63,985 bases of DNA, filler included, from Vicugna vicugna (GCA_013265495.1; 81 parts of 76 records of this genome joined end to end with filler, not necessarily neighbours in it); one strand, 5' to 3'; numbered from the whole stretch's first letter, positions 24,881 to 37,896 are shown. The notes: generated from the sequence alone by a model not told the origin. Numbers and translations are program-made.

Positions 24881-26658
24881 NNNNNNNNNNNNNNNNNNNN
24901 NNNNNNNNNNNNNNNNNNNNNNNNTTAATTAATTAANNNNNNNNNNNNNNNNNNNNNNNNNNNNNNNNNNNNNNNNNNNNGAAATCAGAGGCGTGCATTT
25001 ATATTAGTAAATATTGTTTCATAAGAGCATATCGTGACGTAACCCAAAAGCCGATTTGGAAGAAATGGGGTCCTAGTCCTTTATATAGATTTGCAAGTCT
25101 TCCAACAGTATGAATAAATGCCATATTCTACCCTACGTAGAGAAGAAATGTAAGAAGCCTATAACAAAGACAAGTAGCTCTGCCAAAGTGTACTAAGGGC
25201 AAAAGAGGCAGACAGTAAAGTGCACATTGGGGTTGGTTTCATTTCTTGGAANNNNNNNNNNNNNNNNNNNNNNNNNNNNNNNNNNNNNNNNNNNNNNNNN
25301 NNNNNNNNNNNNNNNNNNNNNNNNNNNNNNNNNNNNNNNNNNNNNNNNNNNNNNNNNNNNNNNNNNNNNNNNNNNNNNNNNNNNNNNNNNNNNNNNNNNN
25401 NNNNNNNNNNNNNNNNNNNNNNNNNNNNNNNNNNNNNNNNNNNNNNNNNNNNNNNNNNNNNNNNNNNNNNNNNNNNNNNNNNNNNNNNNNNNNNNNNNNN
25501 NNNNNNNNNNNNNNNNNNNNNNNNNNNNNNNNNNNNNNNNNNNNNNNNNNNNNNNNNNNNNNNNNNNNNNNNNNNNNNNNNNNNNNNNNNNNNNNNNNNN
25601 NNNNNNNNNNNNNNNNNNNNNNNNNNNNNNNNNNNNNNNNNNNNNNNNNNNNNNNNNNNNNNNNNNNNNNNNNNNNNNNNNNNNNNNNNNNNNNNNNNNN
25701 NNNNNNNNNNNNNNNNNNNNNNNNNNNNNNNNNNNNNNNNNNNNNNNNNNNNNNNNNNNNNNNNNNNNNNNNNNNNNNNNNNNNNNNNNNNNNNNNNNNN
25801 NNNNNNNTGTTGGATCCTAGGTAACCGGGCAGAGTTCTGTAGGTGCATCAGTTTGATGGGGGGGCTGCCTCCCTCTGTGGAGCTTGGCTTAAGTGTTTGG
25901 TCCGGGAAGCTGTGTAAGTTCGAGATACTGCTGCTTCCCAATGGCCTGTGTTCACGGGTCAGTTTCCAGAACCCTTAAGAGCAGACAGTGGAAAAAATAC
26001 CTGTCATCAGCTCACTGGTGTTTCTCCGAGGTACTTTCAGAATTGCCCAATCCTTTAGAATTTGACTTTATAGGAGACACGAAGTGAATCTGGCAGAAAA
26101 GTTATCTGCACGGGTTGAGGAGAGATGCGATCTCATTTATGAGATTTGTTGTGCTACTATGAATAATACTGACATGGAGACCTGTAGAGAATACCAATCT
26201 TGGAAGACATTCATGGACATATTGTGCCTCGTTGATACTTTCAGCAACATGTTGAATATGAATGTGCACTTGAGGAAGTTATTTAATTCTCTGCTCCAAG
26301 TACGGGTCCAAGATTTCTTCCATCCAAAACATAAGAGAAGGTAGAAATGATAGAAGCTCTCATGTTCTTCAATGATGTCTTGAAATTCCAAACGTTCCAC
26401 GGGGCATTTACAAACCNNNNNNNNNNNNNNNNNNNNNNNNNNNNNNNNNNNNNNNNNNNNNNNNNNNNNNNNNNNNNNNNNNNNNNNNNTTTTCCCAGGG
26501 CCTTGGTCTCAATCACTTGCTTTTCCCTCCCCTTCACTCAGTTATACATTTCAGAGAANNNNNNNNNNNNNNNNNNNNNNNNNNNNNNNNNNNNNNNNNN
26601 NNTTAATTAATTAANNNNNNNNNNNNNNNNNNNNNNNNNNNNNNNNNNNNNNNNNNNN

Positions 26659-27100
26659 TGACAGCAGCGACTGGGTTCTAATAGAATCCCTTAGCTTGTA
26701 TTCCATGATGGCATGCCTAGGATGGAGAGTGGGGGAAACTGGGGTTTGGGCTCTAAACCAAGTATTAGCGAGAGCCTATTCATGGGATGTGGGTTTTTAA
26801 CCTACAACCCACAACCATGGAATAAATGTGCCCCCTGAAAGATGCTTTGACTGTTTCCCTACATCCAGGACACACGCGAAGATTTGTTCTTGTATTCTGA
26901 GTTTGGGGAGGTTCCTCAAATTGACAGCAGCACCTGGGTTCTATTAAATAGAATCCCTTGTCTTCCCTGATGGCATGCCTAGGCTGGAGTGTGGGGGAAA
27001 GTGGGGTTTGGGCTCTAAACCAAGTGTTAGCGAGAGCCTATCCATGGGATGTTTGTTTTAAAGTACAACCCACAACCATGGAATAAATGTGCCCCCTGAA
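26659..27100 (+). repeat. Satellite B (two same-type monomers adjacent)
   Basis: gatggcatgcctagg at 26707 and 26969. Confidence 0.9.
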
Positions 27101-27200
27101 NNNNNNNNNNNNNNNNNNNNNNNNNNNNNNNNNNNNNNNNNNNNTTAATTAATTAANNNNNNNNNNNNNNNNNNNNNNNNNNNNNNNNNNNNNNNNNNNN

Positions 27201-27671
27201 ATATAGAATACTGAATGCAGAATATAGAATTTAGAATATACAGTGTAGAACAGTGAATATAGAATATAGAAAAGAGAAAATAAAACCCAGAATTTACAAC
27301 ATGGAATGCAAACACAGAATATAGAATATAGTATAAGGAATACATAATAAACAATTTAAAAAATTGAATGTAGAACAGAGAATATAGAATAGAATATACA
27401 TAATACTGAATAAATAATTTAGAATATAGAATGTAGGACACAGTATTTAGAATATACAATACAGAATACTAAATATAGAATTTAGAATATACAATGTAGA
27501 ACACAGAATTTAGAATATGCCATACAGAATACAAAATATAGGATTTAGAATATAGAATATAGAACACTGAATATAGAAAAAAGCATAGAGAATGAGGAAC
27601 CCAGAATTTAGTAAAATGCAGAAAATAGAATAAAAAATATATCTTAGAGAATATTGAAGACAGATTTTGGA
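27201..27671 (+). repeat. Satellite E heptamer
   Basis: 7-bp periodicity. Confidence 0.95.
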
Positions 27672-28354
27672 NNNNNNNNNNNNNNNNNNNNNNNNNNNNN
27701 NNNNNNNNNNNNNNNTTAATTAATTAANNNNNNNNNNNNNNNNNNNNNNNNNNNNNNNNNNNNNNNNNNNNTACATGCAACACATAAGTACACATGTTTC
27801 CATGAAACACTGAAGTTACATGTCAACGTGTGCATCTGTATTACGCTCTGGACCCACGTGTAGACTGCATACGTGTGTGCATGTCTCTATATGGGCAGAC
27901 ACGCAGGTGAGACAGGGAGGAAAGCAGTGCGTACAGAGCTGGGCGGGTCAATTCCTTGAAATAAGCAGGTGGTAAGGAGGCAGGTCTCCAGAAAGGTCTC
28001 AGTCTGCTCTTCAATAAGGAACCTGGCCACGCCTGTGGGCTTAGAGAGGGGGCAGAGGAGAAGGGGGCTGACATTCGGCACTGAGCGCATTTGAGACACA
28101 ACAGGGTCTACAGGACAGAGGAGGGAGGCCCCCGTCATCGCCTTTCTCTGTCTTTTTGCACAGATTTGTGTATTTATATCCGCAAGCATTGCCGAAAAGT
28201 TCTCAAAAGAGGAGAGAGCAGTAAAAGTGCACGCACGGAGCAGAGCAGACAGGANNNNNNNNNNNNNNNNNNNNNNNNNNNNNNNNNNNNNNNNNNNNTT
28301 AATTAATTAANNNNNNNNNNNNNNNNNNNNNNNNNNNNNNNNNNNNNNNNNNNN

Positions 28355-29057
28355 TGGTTATGTAAACAATGTAAATTACATGTGTATTGGTGGGAATTCA
28401 CACAAAGAGTGTTTTCTGGCTCCAAATGTCCGATTTTACAACCTGGTGATAGGAAAAACCTATGAAGTCAGAATAAATATTTCTAAGTCTATATACGCCT
28501 TGTTCGGTGGGTGAAAGGTCTGTAATCCACATGCTCTCGACTCAGGAATGCAACTTTGTCGAATCGGCCATGTATGTAGCATGTACGGAACCCGGAATTC
28601 CATGTTGTTGGAATACATGTAAATTACATATCTGTTAGGTGGAAATCGCTCCAGAACTATTTTTCTGTGAAAAATGAACGAATTCGAACCTGGTGTTAGG
28701 GAAAGCTTGTGAAAATGTGTACACGTGTCTAGATGAAAGTATTCCTTTTATAGAGGATGAAAGATAAGTAATCCACATGCTCTCGACTCAGGAATGCAAC
28801 TTTGTCGAATCGGCCATGTATGTAGCATGTACGGAACACGGAATATCATGTAGATGGAATCTAATCTAATTACATATCTCTAGGGAAGAATTCGCTACAA
28901 GAAGGTTTTTGTGGGATCAAAGTGTGATTCTTAAAATTGGTTAAAGGAAGATGCTGCGAAGTCAAAGTAAATATTTCAGAAGTGCGTAGGTATTTGGTTG
29001 TTGAAACATCAGTCATGCGCTTTTCACAACTCAGAACTGCATGTTTGAGGAGTCCGT
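28355..29057 (+). repeat. Satellite C
   Basis: Subunit anchors at 28523, 28769 and ~29013 (246/244 spacing). Confidence 0.92.
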
Positions 29058-29801
29058 NNNNNNNNNNNNNNNNNNNNNNNNNNNNNNNNNNNNNNNNNNN
29101 NTTAATTAATTAANNNNNNNNNNNNNNNNNNNNNNNNNNNNNNNNNNNNNNNNNNNNAAGTTCAGTATTTATTTTAAGGTTTTTGTTTTAGAATTGAATG
29201 AGATAATTCCCTCATTTATACCTAAAATGCTGATCACGTGGTTCTATTCTGGTGCCTTGGTAGTTGATTACTAAGGGACTCGGCAGTGAGAATGGGGTGG
29301 GGGACCCCTGGATAATAAAAGACTGGATGTGCAGTGGAATTTTAGTAAGTATCCACTCCTTTCCTAATTTGCATTGNNNNNNNNNNNNNNNNNNNNNNNN
29401 NNNNNNNNNNNNNNNNNNNNNNNNNNNNNNNNNNNNNNNNNNNNNNNNNNNNNNNNNNNNNNNNNNNNNNNNNNNNNNNNNNNNNNNNNNNNNNNNNNNN
29501 NNNNNNNNNNNNNNNNNNNNNNNNNNNNNNNNNNNNNNNNNNNNNNNNNNNNNNNNNNNNNNNNNNNNNNNNNNNNNNNNNNNNNNNNNNNNNNNNNNNN
29601 NNNNNNNNNNNNNNNNNNNNNNNNNNNNNNNNNNNNNNNNNNNNNNNNNNNNNNNNNNNNNNNNNNNNNNNNNNNNNNNNNNNNNNNNNNNNNNNNNNNN
29701 NNNNNNNNNNNNNNNNNNNNNNNNNNNNNNNNNNNNNNNNNNNNNNNNNNNNNNNNNNNNNNNNNNNNNNNNNNNNNNNNNNNNNNNNNNNNNNNNNNNN
29801 N

Positions 29802-30245
29802 GCTGGCAGACCCAGAAGATGGCATACTGATATCCTGGAGAACCCTCTTCCCCATGTCAGAATTCAGTCTCCTTTTATAATAAAAAGAGGTGGGTGTGTG
29901 GTTGGTTGTTGCAAACTTCTTGCTGTACGAATTGTTTGTCCTTGGAATCCTTTGTTCTTGCAGCTGTCCATGTGGGTCAAATCATGTTTCCCCTGTAAAA
30001 CCTTCAAAAAAACACAAAGGTTATTCTCTATTTTGCAACTTGCCATCTCTACATAAGTGCAGAAGAGATAACATCCTTAAAGATTAGAGCCCAGAGAATA
30101 GGCTCTTCTGGATATTTCAGGCTAAAGGCAACTTTTTTTTACAAAAGGTGCAGAGCTATCATGTCTGATCCTAGAAAACACGGCACAGGTTTAAAGCCAA
30201 AGGAACACATCTAACATGGAGTCAAAATTGTTCTTTTCTATTACA
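29802..30245 (-). mobile_element. ERV1-type LTR fragment (terminus TGTAATAGAAAAGAAC on minus strand)
   Basis: ..atttcaggctaaaggcaac..acaaaaggtgcagagc..ctaacatggagtcaaaattgttcttttctattaca resembles recalled cetartiodactyl LTRs. Confidence 0.65.
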
Positions 30246-30356
30246 ATTTCTTTTTCNNNNNNNNNNNNNNNNNNNNNNNNNNNNNNNNNNNNNNNNNNNN
30301 TTAATTAATTAANNNNNNNNNNNNNNNNNNNNNNNNNNNNNNNNNNNNNNNNNNNN

Positions 30357-31134
30357 GTTTTCCTAAATTCTCTGTTCCAGGGAATGCTAGGGGTGATTGC
30401 AAGATATCCCAGACTCAGAGGCTGCCTCCCCAAGGTCAGTGAAAGTATTTTCGGACTTCCCCAACCAGGGAACACCTGTGACTGAAGAGAGCTGCGTGGA
30501 GTTGTCTCTCGAGCTCCCCCACGCACTGAAAATGGTTCCAGAATCCTGAGTTTGTGGAGGTTCCACCAACGGTCGGCAGCGCATGGGTTCTAAAGGAATG
30601 CCTAAGATTTTCTCCCCTGAGGATTTTCCTAATGTCTCAGTGCCAGGGAATGCTAGAGGTGATTGCAGGATATCCCAGTGTCAGTGAAAGCCTCCCCAAG
30701 GTCAGGGAAGGTATTTCTCGGACTTCCCCGATCAGGGAACACCTGTGACTGAAGAGAGCTGCGTGGANNNNNNNNNNNNNNNNNNNNNNNNNNNNNNNNN
30801 NNNNNNNNNNNNNNNNNNNNNNNNNNNNNNNNNNNNNNNNNNNNNNNNNNNNNNNNNNNNNNNNNNNNNNNNNNNNNNNNNNNNNNNNNNNNNNNNNNNN
30901 NNNNNNNNNNNNNNNNNNNNNNNNNNNNNNNNNNNNNNNNNNNNNNNNNNNNNNNNNNNNNNNNNNNNNNNNNNNNNNNNNNNNNNNNNNNNNNNNNNNN
31001 NNNNNNNNNNNNNNNNNNNNNNNNNNNNNNNNNNNNNNNNNNNNNNNNNNNNNNNNNNNNNNNNNNTGACAACATTATTCCTGAGCGTAGGGAGGTTACA
31101 CCAACAGTCGGCAGCGCGTGGGTTCTAACGGAAT
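30357..31134 (-). repeat. Satellite A
   Basis: 267-bp monomers. Confidence 0.95.
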
Positions 31135-32594
31135 NNNNNNNNNNNNNNNNNNNNNNNNNNNNNNNNNNNNNNNNNNNNTTAATTAATTAANNNNNNNNNN
31201 NNNNNNNNNNNNNNNNNNNNNNNNNNNNNNNNNNAGCCTCTTGTGGAATCCGGTCCATGCCACAGGGAAGCAGGGCTTTAACCCTCCGGGACCTAAATCA
31301 ATCACGGTATGGATCCAGGGTGAAACTTCCATGTTAAATCACCTGGCGCTCCCTTCTTGTGCTGAAATGCCCTCCCCTGTCGATGGCATTAGGTCGTATT
31401 AGAAGTCCCGACTTGCTTGNNNNNNNNNNNNNNNNNNNNNNNNNNNNNNNNNNNNNNNNNNNNNNNNNNNNNNNNNNNNNNNNNNNNNNNNNNNNNNNNN
31501 NNNNNNNNNNNNNNNNNNNNNNNNNNNNNNNNAGGTTCTCGTGCAGGGATATCAATTTGCACATGAGAAGCACCTGTAGACATTTAAAAAAATACAGACA
31601 CTGGATCCTCCCCTCTCTCCAGCCAAGGCTGGAAGCTTTCTTCCTCTAGCAGGGTTTACACAATCATTTCCTTGGGAATTGACCACACATATTGGCATAA
31701 NNNNNNNNNNNNNNNNNNNNNNNNNNNNNNNNNNNNNNNNNNNNTTAATTAATTAANNNNNNNNNNNNNNNNNNNNNNNNNNNNNNNNNNNNNNNNNNNN
31801 GGAGACTAGCCTGAGCTGGCCCTTAAGATGCTTGGCTTGGGGTCTGCTGAGGAGTGGCAGGTCCTGTGCTGCTATTTGGGCTCTGTTGCTCCCCCCATAC
31901 CGGTAACCCCATCTCAGGATCTCAATCATGTCTGTAATGTTCCCTTTGCCACAACACATTCACACATTCAGGAGTTTAGAACGTGGGCATCTTTGGGAGC
32001 CTAGCACATTGAGTTTCTCCTGGAAGCTTCCAACCTTTCTGGGCAGTTATTGGGGGCAGCAGATGACTAGATCCAATATTTTGGGTTCTCCTTTCTGTAT
32101 AGGGATGTTTTTGCTTCACTAGCCTGTGAAAAGGTGAAGAGAATTCGTTAGTGTCTTTTCCTCTCACTGAATATATGTGTTTCTCACTTTGAACATCTCT
32201 CTCCCTTCCTTGAAACCTCTCTGTTGCCTCCAAGCTGGGTAAGACCTCCCTGATGCTCTGTCCTGGATTGTTTGTAGTCAAGGCTTGTAGTCATCCTTTG
32301 ATTCAGTTCAGCCAAGTTGTATTCTGTCTACCGATGTCTTGGAGGTAACCTGCACATTCAGCTCAGTTAGTTCTTGATCATTAAATGGAAGCCTTGGAAA
32401 TTTTGATCTCCCCAATTCTTTCTCAAGAAAACCTAGCTTTCAGGATAGATGTATGACTCGGGCCTTGAGAAAGCATTAGTTTATAGTGAAGTCTGGGCAA
32501 TGATCTTTATGTTCAAATTGACATCAAGCCTCTCAGTCCCTCGGTATTAAGGTTTGTGGCTTAGCCTTCATGGGAGGCTGCAGCATGATGGTTC

Positions 32595-32628
32595 TGTGTG
32601 TGCGTGTGCGTGTGCGTGTGTGTGTGTG
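32595..32628. repeat. (TG)n/(TGCGTG)n microsatellite
   Basis: Direct reading. Confidence 0.9.
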
Positions 32629-35022
32629 AATGAAGAAATAAATNNNNNNNNNNNNNNNNNNNNNNNNNNNNNNNNNNNNNNNNNNNNTTAATTAATTAAN
32701 NNNNNNNNNNNNNNNNNNNNNNNNNNNNNNNNNNNNNNNNNNNCTGCATCCCCGCCCCCTCACTGTCCCAGACCCCTCACTGTGGCCCTTCCTGGGGCTG
32801 GAGATCCCATGTGACTAAGACCTCTGAGTGGACTGTTGATGGCTGGGAGTCTTGCCCACCTGCCCTGGAGACAGACTCTTGGGCGCATGGTTAGGAGAAG
32901 AGTCAGTTCATGCCATGTGCTCAAGAATCAGATTATAAAAGTTGACCCTTGGAGCTGGTTTGGGGATAGGGTGCATTTTATTTTGGGAAGTTGTTTTTCT
33001 TTGGGTAATGAAAAATATTTCATGAGGTTTTTATACTGTTTGGATAGGATAGGTGATGAGAGGTTGAATTACTCTGCAGAATAAAGTGATATTTCCTTTA
33101 TCCAATTTGAGTTTGTGCAGAAGAACCCAGAGGCTGACAGTGGGTCTCCAGCTCTGTTTGGGGGATCTGCACTATCAAGCCAGAAAAGCTGACCATCCAA
33201 AAATTTCCAGGGAGTTGGGTGGCTCCTGAACGTAGTCTGGTATTTTTATTTTATGTATTTGATATTCTGAGATGGATAAAACACACCCATTTTCCTTTTG
33301 TTTAAATTGGCTTCTAGTCAGTTGACATTGTTGTGTCAATTTCTGGTGTACAGCATGGTATTTCAGTCATACATNNNNNNNNNNNNNNNNNNNNNNNNNN
33401 NNNNNNNNNNNNNNNNNNTTAATTAATTAANNNNNNNNNNNNNNNNNNNNNNNNNNNNNNNNNNNNNNNNNNNNCTCTAGGAAGCAGGGGCCAGAATGAT
33501 CCCCACTGTGCCGATGGGGTATTGGGGAGACTCTGAGAGACACGTGGCTTGTCCAGGATGATAACACTGCTGAGTAGGGGGAGCCGCGTCTGAACCCAGC
33601 TGTGTCTTCAGAGCTGCGGCACTGGTTGCATCCAGGCCTCCCCAGGGCTATGGGGGGGGCTAAGTTGGTGTCACTGTGTGTGGACATGGCATGGAGTGAG
33701 AAATGAGAGATTGGCAGCCCAGAAAGGCCCTTGAGGATCTTTGTGTCAGGAGGAAGCTTGGATAAGTGGACCCCAGGAAGTGACCACACTTCCCTGGCAA
33801 TAGAGCCCAACAGAACTTGGAACCGAAGTCACCAGGCACCCACTCTGTAGAGAAGTCCCTACTCAGCAACAGAGGCATGTTCTGCTGCATCCCAGTATCC
33901 CGAGGCCGCAGCCCCGGAAAGACCGCAGCGAGGGACTATACCAAAGCTGCCGGCACTGCGTCAGGTCTCACCCAAGGCGCCTCTGGCCTTTTGGCCAGAG
34001 AGACNNNNNNNNNNNNNNNNNNNNNNNNNNNNNNNNNNNNNNNNNNNNTTAATTAATTAANNNNNNNNNNNNNNNNNNNNNNNNNNNNNNNNNNNNNNNN
34101 NNNNGGAAGGCAGGGCGCGAGTGGCCAGGTAGACAGGGCCTCATTGATCATACTCATTCCCCTTTAAGCGGCAGCTGTCACGGGCACTTACCTAGTAAAC
34201 AGATGTCGGCCATAATCATCACGCACTTTGCTTGGTAGTTTTATTGGCCCCACCTTTGAGATGAGGTCATTGAAACTGAGGAGTTTGCTGCATGCCCGTG
34301 ATTACCTTGGAAATACCCCCACTTGTCTTTCAACTTAGACTGGTGTGGCTGTCATGCCCCAGTCCTGTGAATGGCATCGTGTAGCTTCTCCCAAGTGGCC
34401 CAAATTACTGACATTGATATGCTTAATTCGAAGGAAATTGTATGTGACAATAAGAGTAAAAGGTAGTAAGAAATTGTTTGGAAAACTAGAAAAAAACGTA
34501 TTCTTCCCCAGCTGGGGGAGTGTACCCTTTATCACTCACCCCACTCACTGCCTGTCACATCCTCCCTGCAGACTCCGTGTTCAGAAGCCACTCTGAGCCT
34601 TTGAGGAACATTTTGCCTCATGACACTTTTGACTAGGACCTGCGAAGGACCTGCGAATTCTCTGTCCTGGTTAACTCTCTCTTCAATGCCATTTAAATTT
34701 CTTGCAGGTTCCTCCGCTCAGATGTAAGAATAGCCTCTTTATATTTCTTGATGAAGCTCCTTAATGAAGATCTTGGGAAGGAAACCTAGCCAAACCTGGG
34801 AGGTATGGACATAGTGACTTCAACCTCAGCATTTTGTGAAGTTCAGAATCAGAGGGGTGGGTGACNNNNNNNNNNNNNNNNNNNNNNNNNNNNNNNNNNN
34901 NNNNNNNNNTTAATTAATTAANNNNNNNNNNNNNNNNNNNNNNNNNNNNNNNNNNNNNNNNNNNNATTTGGATTAAATACTTAAAAAAAGCAAAAAAGAA
35001 AAATAGAAAACATAAGTGACAC

Positions 35023-35433
35023 TCTGAAGGAAAACCACAGCTGGTCTAACAAGCTAAGTCACAAATCTAAGTGTGATAAGTGTCGGTTTACTGATCTAAG
35101 TTTTGCTGGGATACCTGGTAAATCTGAAGTTTAGTGTCAGTTTACTGGGCTAATAAGCTAACCCGAAAATCCAAGGTGAACAATTGTACAGTAACGGGAT
35201 CTGTTCCAAATTGATAAGCTTCAGTGTACTGATTCCTTGCTTTTTGTTGTTTGAGCCTTATTGGCTGATAGCCCCATACATGTAATTAACCGTATAAAAC
35301 ATCATGTGCACATCTTGGAGGGGCTCAGAGCTTTGGAAAAGAAGCCCCTCTGAGCCCACCAACGTAATAAATCTCAATACTCCAACCCTCTGAATGATTC
35401 TTGTTTCTTGGCTGGCCTGTTGTTTCCATAACA
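35023..35433 (+). mobile_element. Complete solo LTR (~411 bp, ERV1-like) with 4-bp TSD ACAC
   Basis: Termini T(C/G)TGAAGGAAA...TTTCCATAACA (imperfect inverted repeat), TATAAA ~35293, AATAAA ~35366, ACAC at 35019-35022 and 35434-35437. Confidence 0.8.
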
Positions 35434-35539
35434 ACACAANNNNNNNNNNNNNNNNNNNNNNNNNNNNNNNNNNNNNNNNNNNNTTAATTAATTAANNNNN
35501 NNNNNNNNNNNNNNNNNNNNNNNNNNNNNNNNNNNNNNN

Positions 35540-35876
35540 AAACAAAAACAAACAAACAAAAACAAAGCATAAATACATGACAGACATAGACTCATGGACA
35601 TGACACAAATAGACTTGTGGTCACCGGGGGGGGGCGGGGTAGAGGCTGGGAAGGGATACACTGGGATTTCAAAATTGTAGAATAGATAAACAAGATTACA
35701 CTGTATAGCACAGGGAAATATACACAAAATGTTATGATAAATCACAGAGAAAAAAATGTGACAATGAGATGAGTGTGTATATGTCCATGAATGACTGAAA
35801 AATTGTGCTGAACACTGGAATTTGACACAACACTGTAAAATGATTATGAATCAATAAAAAATGTAAATAAAAAAAC
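35540..35876 (+). mobile_element. L1 3'UTR with poly(A) signal and tail
   Basis: cagacatagactcatggaca..ctgtatagcacagggaaatata..aataaa..A-tail. Confidence 0.85.
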
Positions 35877-36234
35877 ATTATTGGTTATCTTGCCCTAACA
35901 AGCTATTTTTGTATGTCTTGCTTTCGGTGGTTTGTAATGCCTGCGACTAATGTTTCCCTTACAGTGACGTATTTTGAAATTAGAAGTTACTGGACACAGT
36001 ACCCACATATCACAGTTGAAAACAACTGACCCACATAAGCAAGATTGTCTGACTTAGTAGTTATGAGCAGGGGCTCTGGGGCCAGCCTGCAGGGAGTTCT
36101 GTGTTAATCTTGGACAAATTATTGTTGTTGTTGTNNNNNNNNNNNNNNNNNNNNNNNNNNNNNNNNNNNNNNNNNNNNTTAATTAATTAANNNNNNNNNN
36201 NNNNNNNNNNNNNNNNNNNNNNNNNNNNNNNNNN

Positions 36235-36733
36235 CCCAAACCGCGCCCGAAGCCAGGATCTTGTAGTCACTGACCCAAATGGCACCCCAGTAAAGGCCCC
36301 CGCGACCACTGGCCCAAACCGCGCCCCAGGCCAGGCCCCCGCAACCACTGGCCCAAACCGCTCCCCAGTCCAGGCNNNNNNNNNNNNNNNNNNNNNNNNN
36401 NNNNNNNNNNNNNNNNNNNNNNNNNNNNNNNNNNNNNNNNNNNNNNNNNNNNNNNNNNNNNNNNNNNNNNNNNNNNNNNNNNNNNNNNNNNNNNNNNNNN
36501 NNNNNNNNNNNNNNNNNNNNNNNNNNNNNNNNNNNNNNNNNNNNNNNNNNNNNNNNNNNNNNNNNNNNNNNNNNNNNNNNNNNNCCAAACTGCTCCCCAG
36601 ACCAGGCCCCCACGACCACAGGCCCAAACAGCTCAACAAACAAGGCCCATGCGACCACTAGCCCAAACCGCGCTCCAGGCCAGGACCTCGCGACCACTGG
36701 CCCAAACCGCGCCCCAGGCCAAGCCCCCGCGAC
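36235..36733 (+). repeat. 39-bp GC-rich minisatellite, candidate coding mucin-like repeat (PNRAPGQAPATTG)n
   Basis: Unit ccaaaccgcgccccaggccaggcccccgcgaccactggc; no indels; one plus frame open in both sequenced parts, with several synonymous third-position variants. Confidence 0.85.
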
Positions 36734-37262
36734 NNNNNNNNNNNNNNNNNNNNNNNNNNNNNNNNNNNNNNNNNNNNTTAATTAATTAANNNNNNNNNNN
36801 NNNNNNNNNNNNNNNNNNNNNNNNNNNNNNNNNTGTATTGCGGGTGTGCCCATATTACAGGAACAATAGTTTCCCTTAGTGGGTCTCTGTGTACTGTGAA
36901 CTGTTAGAAAGTTTAAAGACGTGTGAAACATTCAACTGAAAATGGACACACTTCCCTCCGTTGCTACAGTTCATAAAGATCTGAACAAAAGGAAAGAGGG
37001 AAGAACAAAGGCCCATGGGACGCTAGTGGGTAGAATCACATTTACCTTAGGAACCTCTCGTCGGATGCAGCCCCACCCCCAACACTGGCAAGATGCAGCA
37101 ACCATTGGGGATGGCATTTAGCGGTTGGATTCCAGGTGGAATGTAGGTGTGTACCGCGAGGCNNNNNNNNNNNNNNNNNNNNNNNNNNNNNNNNNNNNNN
37201 NNNNNNTTAATTAATTAANNNNNNNNNNNNNNNNNNNNNNNNNNNNNNNNNNNNNNNNNNNN

Positions 37263-37796
37263 AACACCTCCACAAACCATAGAGAGGTCATCGTAAATAC
37301 TTGGTTTAGGAGCCCAAACAACACTTTCCCCCGCACTCCCGCCCAGGCTTTCCATCAGGGAAGACAAGCAAAGGGATTCAATTAGAACCCAGGCGCTGCT
37401 GTCAGTTGGAGGAACTTCCCGGCACTCAGAATTCCAGAACACATTTTTAGGTGTGGGAGAGATGTGCAGCCCCACTGCACCCAGATGGATGAAGGAAAAG
37501 GTGTTCCGTTTAGGGAGAAGCCTTCTAAGTATTTCCTCAGTGGATCAGGGGGCGCTCACTGCTACTTGGCCTCCAAGCCCAACCCCCAGCTTTCCCTCAT
37601 GGCCTGGCCTAAAGGAACACTCAGGGAACAGAAGCTAAGGGATACTAATAGATCTGCTGTCAGTTTGAGGAACTTCCCAACACTCAGAACACCAGAACAC
37701 ATCTTCGTCTGTGTGTTGGATGTATGGAAACAGTCAAAGCATTTTTCAGGTGGCACATTTATTCCATGGTTGTGGGTTGTAGTTTAAAAACCCACA
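37263..37796 (-). repeat. Satellite B
   Basis: Reverse complement, about one dimer. Confidence 0.9.
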
Positions 37797-37896
37797 NNNN
37801 NNNNNNNNNNNNNNNNNNNNNNNNNNNNNNNNNNNNNNNNTTAATTAATTAANNNNNNNNNNNNNNNNNNNNNNNNNNNNNNNNNNNNNNNNNNNN

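Noticed and set aside
25809..26416. Protein-like stretch (..PILEDIHGHIVPR*..), possible pseudogene
   Set aside because: Stops in all frames and I recognise no family; BLASTx needed
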